From: Octopus bimaculoides
Taxonomy: Eukaryota
Assembly: GCF_001194135.2 (NCBI RefSeq)
Contig: NC_068983.1
Span: forward strand, 115,518,293-115,553,570
Direction: 5' to 3'
DNA length: 35,278 nucleotides
In this document: positions 1 through 8,727 of the stretch, piece after piece
Layout of the letters: every line of letters starts with the position of its first letter
Numbering within the stretch: position 1 is the stretch's first letter
Program-made: the position numbers and the translations under genes
The notes under the pieces: generated by a model
The model's input: the letters and a program-made list of their open reading frames with translations, nothing else
Told to the model about the DNA's origin: nothing
Database searches by the model: none

Positions 1-159
1 CTTGATCCTTGGATCTTACATTTACATATTATGATATATATATATTTAAACTCATAGCACAAAGGTCAAGAACGATTATCACAACACAATCTATGCGCCA
101 CTCGAACGACTCTACCGACTAGCTACCTTATACATATGTATGTACATATGTATGCTTTT

Positions 160-878
160 CAGTAACTCGAACGATTTTGTTTGCTACTCTATCGCTCATG
201 ATAGCACAAAAGACATTACTGGTCCAGAACAGTTAGCTGTGTTCATCAGACTAGCCATACCAGATTTCTAGATTTACGAAGAATTTCTCACGATGCGTTC
301 CATTCATGGCTTAACCAACTGGACAGATATATTTCGTGAATTCCATGCAAACAAGCACATTTAGATTGATTAAAGCTGTTTTCGGTTCCCGCAGATGGAG
401 GTCTTCAAGGACCCATTGCCAGATGGTGAGCAGAGGACAATCTCACTCCTGGCCACAGCGACTTAGCAATGACATTTTTTGGTGTATACTGCATTATATA
501 CCAAATATCATTACTAAGTCGCTGTGGCTAATGTAACAGAAGCCGTAATATCAATAGTAAACTGGATCGTAATTTCAAGCGGTTTCTGACTATGGTAACG
601 TGTTGTTCGATGTGAAGCTGACATCCGCATTCAAGGCTAGTTAGCTACCTGACTTCTGGAGTCTAATCCTAGAGGGGCAAATATCCTAACTTGATTGCTG
701 ATGCACTGAAAAATGTCTCTGTATTTGATTCAACATATGTGTGGATATCAAAGCAAGTATCGCAACCGATTGACTGACCATCATATCAACCAGCTTTTGC
801 GTACTGCATCTTCCCCCATGAGCCCTCGTTTTGACAAACTAGTTGATAATCGAAAGCAAAATCAAGTTTCACATTAAA
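160..878 (+). mobile_element. Degenerate hAT (Charlie/SPIN, GTF2IRD2-like) transposase relic, internally deleted and frameshifted
   Basis: Manual translation: YSIAHDSTKDITGPEQLAVFIRLAIPDF*IYEEFLTMRSIHG (cf. YSLALDESTD..QLAIFIR), NVTEAVISIVNWIV, DYGNVLFDVKL, ALKNVSVFDSTYV and the C-terminus YQSKYRNRLTDHHINQLLRTASSPMSPRFDKLVDNRKQNQVSH* ending at about 878. Confidence 0.85.
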
Positions 879-1426
879 TTCCATTGCTCTACTATTTTTT
901 GTTATGGTTTTCCCTCTATAAATATAATAAAAGTTTTCCTTAATTGACTCGTGTTTTACACNNNNNNNNNNNNNNNNNNNNNNNNNNNNNNNNNNNNNNN
1001 NNNNNNNNNNNNNNNNNNNNNNNNNNNNNNNNNNNNNNNNNNNNNNNNNNNNNNNNNNNNNNNNNNNNNNNNNNNNNNNNNNNNNNNNNNNNNNNNNNNN
1101 NNNNNNNNNNNNNNNNNNNNNNNNNNNNNNNNNNNNNNNNNNNNNNNNNNNNNNNNNNNNNNNNNNNNNNNNNNNNNNNNNNNNNNNNNNNNNNNNNNNN
1201 NNNNNNNNNNNNNNNNNNNNNNNNNNNNNNNNNNNNNNNNNNNNNNNNNNNNNNNNNNNNNNNNNNNNNNNNNNNNNNNNNNNNNNNNNNNNNNNNNNNN
1301 NNNNNNNNNNNNNNNNNNNNNNNNNNNNNNNNNNNNNNNNNNNNNNNNNNNNTGCGCCTCCACAAACACTTTTTGGTGCGCATCCTAAAATAATTCATGT
1401 TTTAGGTCCGGTCCGGATATTAAAAT

Positions 1427-1441
1427 GGTTGAGAACCACTG
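1427..1441 (+). mobile_element. Probable 3' terminal inverted repeat of the hAT element
   Basis: GGTTGAGAACCACTG, reverse complement CAGTGGTTCTCAACC, is a Charlie/SPIN-type TIR. It lies downstream of the transposase stop, across an N gap. Confidence 0.7.
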
Positions 1442-2082
1442 ATCCATGAAATATCATTATCACATTGAATTTTGCTGTTATCTATCATTAATATAATTCA
1501 TATTTATTCGGATATGTTATGTAAAGTTACAAGATGTAATTATATCAGCATTTAATTGTTCGTATTGTTACTGCTGTTGTCATCAAACCATTTCATCCCT
1601 GATCGAGTATACTTATGCCCAAGTGTGTTCCAGCCATGGCCTTCCACAATTTTGTAGATCAAATGCTTTCTTTAATTTTCAGAGAAGAAAACATTAAACA
1701 ATGTGTGATTTGAAGGAAAGTAAAGTGTTATTCCTAAGAAGTTGAGTGACCTCGTATAGGCTCCTTTGTTGATATGTTGTGAATTGTGTTGATCCTGTTT
1801 GTTCATAAGCCTAACGTTTATTTACTGTAAAATATTTAGTCATACGCGATACGATAATCAGGACTAAACCTGAGACAGGAACAGTTACTCCCCTTCACAA
1901 TAATTTCTTTGGAAAAAGTTATTTCTCATTACTAGTTTCTGGTTGTTGTTGCTGCTGCTTTTATTAAACTACATATTTCGTCAAGGTAGCTTAGCTACTT
2001 TAAACCTATTCTCCCTATTATCCACCCCACATTTAAAATGTGTTTGCTATATCTCTGTAAATATGCCAATAAATAATGTACA

Positions 2083-2450
2083 CAGGCATGGCACTGTGGT
2101 TAAGCTCGCTCTCTCCCCACACGGTTCCGTGTTCAGCCTCACTATATGGCTCGCTTGGGGTCTCATACTATAGCCCTTCGTCGAACAAAGCCTTTTGAAT
2201 GGATATCGAAGTTGTGAGAAGCTCATCGGGTTGCGCGCGCGCGCGTGTTTGTGTGTGTCTTTGAATAACTATTCCCCCCCACCACCACCACCACCAACAA
2301 GTGTTGCTTTGTTTACAGCCCTATAACTTATGGATTCGGCAATAAACACTGATAGAATAACTTATCAGGCTTTAAAAAAGGTTCAATCGATTTGTTGGCT
2401 AAACACTTCAGCCGTTGCCCTAGCATAGTCACAGATGAATGACTGAAACC
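2083..2450 (+). mobile_element. tRNA-head SINE, family 1 (internal GT microsatellite, GACTGAAAC tail), diverged copy
   Basis: Head CAGGCATGGCACTGTGGTTAAG, internal GTGT tract and tail ..TAGCATAGTCACAGATGAATGACTGAAAC. Homologous to 3530-3592 and to 32063-32440 (-). Confidence 0.75.
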
Positions 2451-2656
2451 TTCCATAAAGTATACTTTTACTCGCTTCAATGACTATCCAACCATCCATA
2501 AAGTTTCATTGACTGAAATAATTTTATGAATGGTTTCAGCCATTGGACAACTTTCAGTCCCAACATCTGAAAACGTTAAATTGTGGGCCAAAAATTTACG
2601 GTTGTTCCATAAAGCTAAAGTAATTAGCGTCTAAATTCGGCGGTGAATTTCCAACG

Positions 2657-2730
2657 GGCTGTTTAGCTTAGTGGTGTAGCACTCAACCGGAGTATTTTGA
2701 GGGATATGGGTTCGAATCCCATGACTGGTT
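2657..2730 (+). pseudogene. tRNA-like sequence (tRNA pseudogene or SINE head)
   Basis: Box A TAGCTTAGTGG, box B GGTTCGAATCC and a perfect T-arm ATGGG/CCCAT. The acceptor stem has mismatches and the anticodon arm has an oversized loop (CTCAA..TTGAG). Confidence 0.6.
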
Positions 2731-3226
2731 GGCAACAAATCTTTCCGTTTTGTAAGGGTCATTTACTCTGTATTTCTGCTGCTCTAATGATAACTCTGCG
2801 TTTGAAAAATATCACCTTCTTATTTGTATCTTACAAATTGTACGATATTGTACGATATAAATAAGATGATACTTTTTAGAAGGCAGAGTACATGCATACC
2901 TACATGTATGTATGTGNNNNNNNNNNTATTAGCGCTTTCGTTCGTCTTTCTGTGAAAATACAGAGATCTTGCTTATTTATATAAAACAGGTGGGGTTTTT
3001 TTTTGGGGGGGGTATAACAGAACATTGTTTTGTTTTTTTGTTTTTTGGGGGTGAGGCTTTGAAGACAATGGAAGATGTATAAGCAGATAGATAGATAGAC
3101 AGGCAGATAGAGAGATAGATAGATAGATTGATAGTCAGAGTGATGGATGTGGTAAAAGAGAGAGATGGATGTAGTAAAAGAGAGAGAGAAGGGCCATTGT
3201 ATTGAAATGGTCTTTTTAAGGGGTGT

Positions 3227-3280
3227 CAAATAAATAAATAAATAAATAAATATTCATTTATTTATTTATTTATTTATTTG
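3227..3280. repeat. Perfect 25-bp inverted repeat of (TAAA)n/(TTTA)n with a 4-nt loop
   Basis: CAAATAAATAAATAAATAAATAAAT-ATTC-ATTTATTTATTTATTTATTTATTTG. Confidence 0.95.
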
Positions 3281-3344
3281 CGTAGAAGATCACTTTTCAA
3301 GGTACGGTCTAATAGTGTTTTCTTAAACCGAATATGCCTTCATT

Positions 3345-3488
3345 GATGTTCTTGTCCAAGTTTTAGATGCCCGAGATCCCTTAGGAACAAGGTGTTATCA
3401 AATTGAAAAATATCTTAAAAAAGAGAAACCTCACAAGCAGTTGATTTTTATTTTGAACAAAGTCGACCTTGTTCCAGTGTAGGTTACG
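3345..3488 (+). pseudogene. GNL2: Orphan exon of nucleolar GTP-binding protein 2 (GNL2/Nog2), with premature stop and no usable acceptor
   Basis: [47 protein letters not shown] followed by donor GTAAGT at 3489. Matches the YlqF/YawG circularly permuted GTPase segment VLDARDPxGTR...NKxDLVPxW. TAG at 3480-3482 replaces Trp. An in-frame TAA at 3324-3326 and no AG in 3327-3344. Confidence 0.88.
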
Positions 3489-3529
3489 GTAAGTTAACAA
3501 ACTTCACAATATGTATAGAGACATATAAT

Positions 3530-3592
3530 AAAGGCGGTGCTCCAGCATGGCTGCAGTCAAATGACTGAAACAAGTAAAAGAGTAAAAGAGTA
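3530..3592 (+). mobile_element. 3' tail of SINE family 1
   Basis: AAGGCGGTGCTCCAGCATGGCTGCAGTCAAATGACTGAAACAAGTAAAAGAGTA; reverse-complement match at the left end of 32063-32440. Confidence 0.8.
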
Positions 3593-3923
3593 ATAACCTA
3601 GGTAATGCCGAGTCTTCTGAAGAGGAGATCGCACGCTTGTGNNNNNNNNNNNNNNNNNNNNNNNNNNNNNNNNNNNNNNNNNNNNNNNNNNNNNNNNNNN
3701 NNNNNNNNNNNNNNNNNNNNNNNNNNNNNNNNNNNNNNNNNNNNNNNNNNNNNNNNNNNNNNNNNNNNNNNNNNNNNNNNNNNNNNNNNNNNNNNNNNNN
3801 NNNNNNNNNNNNNNNNNNNNNNNNNNNNNNNNNNNNNNNNNNNNNNNNNNNNNNNNNNNNNNNNNNNNNNNNNNNNNNNNNNNNNNNNNNNNNNNNNNNN
3901 NNNNNNNNNNNNNNNNNNNNNNN

Positions 3924-4252
3924 ATTCCCCGACCGGGTGTTGTGAGTGTTTATTGAGTGAAAACACCTAAAGCTCCACGAGGCTCCGGCAGGGGATGGTG
4001 GCGAACCCTGCTGTACTCTTTCACCACAACTTTCTTTCATTCTTACTTCTTGTTTCTGTTGTACCTGTAATTCAAAGGGTCAGCCTTGTCACACTGTGTC
4101 ATGCTGAATATCCCCGAGAACTACGTTAAGGGTACACGTGTCTGTGGAGTGCTCAGCTACTTGCACGTTAATTTCACGAGCAGGCTGTTCCGTTGGTCAG
4201 ATCAACTGGAACCCTTGACGTCATAAGCGACGGAGTGCCAACAACAACAAAC
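3924..4252 (+). mobile_element. SINE family 2 (same as 24711-25054), 5' end lost in N gap
   Basis: Close similarity to 24773-25054 (ACCGGG.GTTGTGAGTGTTTATTGAG...GACGGAGTGCC) with a (CAA)n tail. Confidence 0.9.
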
Positions 4253-4857
4253 AACATAAACATGTTATTCTATGTAACTTCCATACGATTACAGCCGTTT
4301 CGTAATTTTCTTTATGCAGTATTACTAACTTTCGTTTGCAAAATTATACGTACAATATGTTAGCACCAATATGCATGCTCAGCATTATACAATACAAATA
4401 GAATCGTAGATATAACCAAAAAAATGGCGAAACTTCGATATCCATCACTCCAAAATGGGATTTGTGGGGTGAGTTGTCTCACCTGTCCATGACTTTCAGG
4501 TGTTTTAAAACCCGGCACTTTAAGAGAGTAATCTCCACCTCATCAAATCGCAGCCTACCGGCAAACACGCTTTCTCTCTGCGGTAAGTATATGTGGTCGA
4601 TAATGATTATAACCATGATGTTTACGGTGACCTGATGAGTTAGCTTTCGTTTTTGCATTAATTTGTAAATATACAATTGTATAATGCTGAACATACACCA
4701 TTATTCGGATGTCATTGATGTTCAATTGCACAGATATATTTCATTAGACTTCATGGTAATTGATATTACTGCGTAATCTGATGGCCGATTCTAAATGGGG
4801 AGCTTACTGTGAAAGCCGCATGACTGTCTTCAAATCATATTTTCTACTACTCTTTCG

Positions 4858-5160
4858 AGTGTGTGTGTGTGTGCGTGTGTGTGTGTGTGTGTACGTGTGT
4901 GTGTGTGTGTATGTGTGTGTGTGTGTGTGTGTGCGTGCGTGCGTGCACACGCGCGTATGTATGTATCATTTTATCTCTCGCTGGATGGAGTACTTTGCTT
5001 ATTCCACCAATAACGGAACAGTACGCTATGTATGTGTGAGTGTGTGCGTGCGTGTGTGTATACATGAATATAAATGTATGTATGTATGTATGTATGTATG
5101 TATTATGTATGTATGTATGTATGTATGTATGTATGTATAGGTATGTATATATACACACGT
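4858..5160. repeat. Compound (GT)n / (ATGT)n microsatellite
   Basis: Direct inspection. Confidence 0.95.
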
Positions 5161-5994
5161 ATATACATATCTACTTCCCCCTCATTCTTCCTACTACTGT
5201 TCTTCGCCTCTCCCCGTCACTACTATCTCTCTCTCTCTCTATCTCGTTGCACACTTATATTCTACTTCCTCCCCTGTTTCTCCCTCTACCACTCTTACTC
5301 CCTACCCCTCGCTGGTCACATATGTCCAGCTACTAATTCTTTTCATTCTTGGCCTCGCCAAGCACATATGAACATTCTTCTTCGTCTCGTTTCCTTCCAG
5401 TTCGTACTTCACACGTTCAATATACACATACTTTTCCACGTCTGGCTGTATAGCCTTTTTTGTTTGTTTATTTCACCGTTTCGTTTTCCTGTCTTGTTTT
5501 CCGTCCACCACTATCCTCCATGGAACAAATTTAATTTGTGTCCGTGGGAAGAGCCATTTTAACGATGCGTCCTGCCCTAACTCTTCGAAACGCCAGTGTT
5601 ATAATGGTGGCAGCTGATGAAGGATATGTTCTTTATGTGGCCTGTGTGTTTTTNNNNNNNNNNNNNNNNNNNNNNNNNNNNNNNNNNNNNNNNNNNNNNN
5701 NNNNNNNNNNNNNNNNNNNNNNNNNNNNNNNNNNNNNNNNNNNNNNNNNNNNNNNNNNNNNNNNNNNNNNNNNNNNNNNNNNNNNNNNNNNNNNNNNNNN
5801 NNNNNNNNNNNNNNNNNNNNNNNATATATACAAGAAATAATTTTTACCTCTTTTTATGGAGACAAAAGGAAAAAGAAGTGCTCAAATGAAATTGAGACAG
5901 AGACCAAAAACATTGATTAGAGAACATATATACACATATATTCCTGTACGCACGCACACATATATGTGCGTGTACATATATGTGTGTATACATA

Positions 5995-6039
5995 TATATG
6001 TGTGTGTATGTATGTATGTATGTATGTATGTATGTATGT

Positions 6040-6098
<59 letters not shown>

Positions 6099-6178
6099 TC
6101 ATAGCCGTCACTCCAAAACAAATATGACGAGGTAACATGTCACATGCTTTTACCAATTGTTTTAGGTACTCTGCAATC

Positions 6179-6218
<40 letters not shown>

Positions 6219-6232
6219 GCACACACACACAC
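5995..6232. repeat. Compound (ATGT)n-(GATA)n and (CA)n microsatellites
   Basis: Direct inspection. Confidence 0.95.
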
Positions 6233-7515
6233 AGAAGATGCGTCTGCGCCCGCACGCGTGTGTGTATTAAATGCCGGGTCAGTCAACAACCTTTCTTAAT
6301 TTCGTTATTCTACTAAATAAAAATATCGATGTTTATTCAATTTATACAGAGACGTTATTTGACAATATGAGCACTAAATCTTTATTTGCTGTACAAATCC
6401 GAATTAAACTTGATAGATATTCACAGCTGCATGTGTATGTGTGTGTTAGTGTATGAATGTGTGCGTGCGTGTGTATTTTGTGTGTAGTTTTTGTGGTTTG
6501 TAATGTGGGGGTGTGTTGTCTGAACGTGTTTATACTTTATTCGAATTGATTGTTAAGATATTGGAGTTTTATATGAGCCGTCAATAAACTTGGATGGACC
6601 CCTACCCACCCACTCCTCAATCTAATTCTCTGGGAACTTTCCGTGTTTGGCAACATTTCATGTCCGAAGTAAATTTAATTTCTCGTAATTTCAATTCAAA
6701 CTGACTTCTCATATTTATATGAAAGAGAAATCTCAAATTAGAACTATTTTTCAACTTACTTTGTTTAGTGAGAGGTCCAGCGTCAATGGAACGAATGTTT
6801 ATGTCTAATATTATATAGAAAGAAACGAAAGCATCAAAGTAGTTAGCTATATAATAGATACTATTGATTTGATACAACACTGTGCTGTAGTCAATAGCCT
6901 AGATGTTTGCAATAATTGGTAGATTATAGTTAAACTACGTCAGTAGAACTGAACTGGTGATCAACTTAACTGTTTGGTCTGCAATTCATAGGCCTCTTTT
7001 CGAATCTAGTGCGTGCCACAATGAGATAGACAATTTACTACTATTGAACAAGTCTGATGCCAATAGTCGATTCTTAAAGCGGTTGCATAATTGGTATAGT
7101 TGTTGGACAAAATATCTTCTGCTATTTAGTTACATCACTTGCGTATCTATATTAGAAACCTATATTTGAATGGCAAAGAATAAAGTACAACAAGAATATG
7201 GCGCGCTATTTCTCTCTTCCTGCACAACCACTTTCCCTGTTTACCTACACCACCGCGAATTTTCATTCACATTATTCCACCTAACAAAGGAACAACCTGC
7301 CAAAAATGATATAAAACGAGGAACATACAACGTAAACCAGTTTGGTGACAGTAAGCAAGTCGAAACTTCGAAGCTACTGTCATTCCTTGTAAAGATTAAT
7401 AAATTAATACACATGTAAGAACGACCGTGCGAACCAAAGGAGAAATGGTGACGAATGGAAGGCTCCTTTTTAAACGCGTCACACGGTCGACACAAAAAAT
7501 ATAAAATGGTAAATA

Positions 7516-8340
7516 TGTTATAATTCTATAACATAGAGAACTAAGAAATGTGCCAGTAAGATACAAGATAGGAACGCAACCGATAGAGATGTATAACAGT
7601 AAGATTTATTGGAGCATTAAATCGTATGTCTGTGTGTGTGTGAATGCGACATAATAAAACACAATATAAGACTGGCCGTCATGTAAAATAAATGAGTGTG
7701 TGCAAGTAATACATGTATGTGAATGCGAGCGATACATAGTATTGATAAGAGTCAGTAACACGTATAAGAATATATACCAGTTCTTAGTTAGAGTACACAG
7801 TAGTATTGTAGGTCTGTATATAAGAAGTTAAGGTTAAGGCAGAGCGGTCACTCGTCGTGATGTTGGGGCTTCTATGCCGGGCCGGATTCTTGAATACAGA
7901 TGTTCTTCGCAGGCTGCGTTCTGGCTGTTATTTCGTGGTGAGGCGATTCACACAAACAGGTTTGAGAAGAGAAGCTGCGGTGGCTGTTTGGTAACTGTTG
8001 GTAGCTTGTGTACGTGTAGAAGTCATGTTGACGCTGGCGGCGATGCTGGTAGTCGTAATTGAACGATGGTGTTGATGTCGTCGCTGGAAACTGGCTGGCT
8101 GGTTGGTGCTGTGTTACGCGTGTGTGGTCAAACGACCAGATCTGTGAGGATCTGAGCCGCGACGAATTGGTGGGTATCTAACAGGCTATTTATAGATGAA
8201 GGTAGGCTCCAGAGAAGCATCAGAAGAACACTCTCACGTGACCTTATTAGAGGCTATGGTTGGTCGGTTTGCGTCCTGGCGGCAAATGGAGTGGAGACAG
8301 TTGCCGCTCAAATAATAGTCAATCAGGTGATGACAGGGAA
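7516..8340 (-). mobile_element. Possible solo LTR-like segment
   Basis: On the minus strand: TATA box CTATAAATAG (about 8188-8197), a GC-richer transcribed-like block, AATAAA (about 7606-7611) and terminus ..TTATAACA at 7516. No target site duplication found. Confidence 0.35.
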
Positions 8341-8482
8341 AGAGATGTTTTCTACTACGCTCGCATTTATTTATATATAAACGTGATAGAGGTAGTTTTA
8401 CTACACACATATATATATATACATACACACATATACGTATATATACATATATACTAACATATACTAATATATACACACACGA

Positions 8483-8670
8483 GGCGGCAAGCTGGCAGAA
8501 TTGTTAGCGCCATTTCATCCGTCTTTACGTTCTGAGCTCAAATTCCGCAGAGGTCGACTTTGCCTTTCATCCTTTCGAGGTCGATATAAGCTTCAGTTGA
8601 GCACTGGGGTCGATATAATCGACTTACCCTTCCCCCTAAAATTGCTGGCCTTGTGTCCAAATTTGAACCC
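8483..8670 (+). mobile_element. SINE family 3 (GGCGGCAAGCTGGCAGAA head)
   Basis: Head plus GAGCTCAAATTCCGCAGAGGTCGACTTTGCCTTTCATCC and tail TTGCTGGCCTTGTG..AAATTTGAA. Homologous copies at 17146-17853 and 24540-25112. Confidence 0.85.
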
Positions 8671-8727
8671 AATATATGCACAAACGTACTCACACATACA
8701 CGTACATACACATACACGCACATACAA

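Noticed and set aside
940-1398. Long ORFs full of X (also 3504-4040, 5538-5889, 14528-15055, 18983-19340, 22199-22733)
   Set aside because: Artefacts of N gaps.
5545-5635. CGAAAC ... CTGATGAAG, hammerhead-like core words
   Set aside because: I could not build stem I, stem III and an NUH cleavage site in any hammerhead topology, and the context is cut by an N gap. Probably a repeat fragment.
4760-6255. ORFs rich in VCVC/MYVC/HTHT/SIYL
   Set aside because: Translations of microsatellites.
7230-7375. Exon-like segments on both strands
   Set aside because: Splice-like signals are present, but the peptides are unrecognisable and cannot be joined in frame to other candidates.
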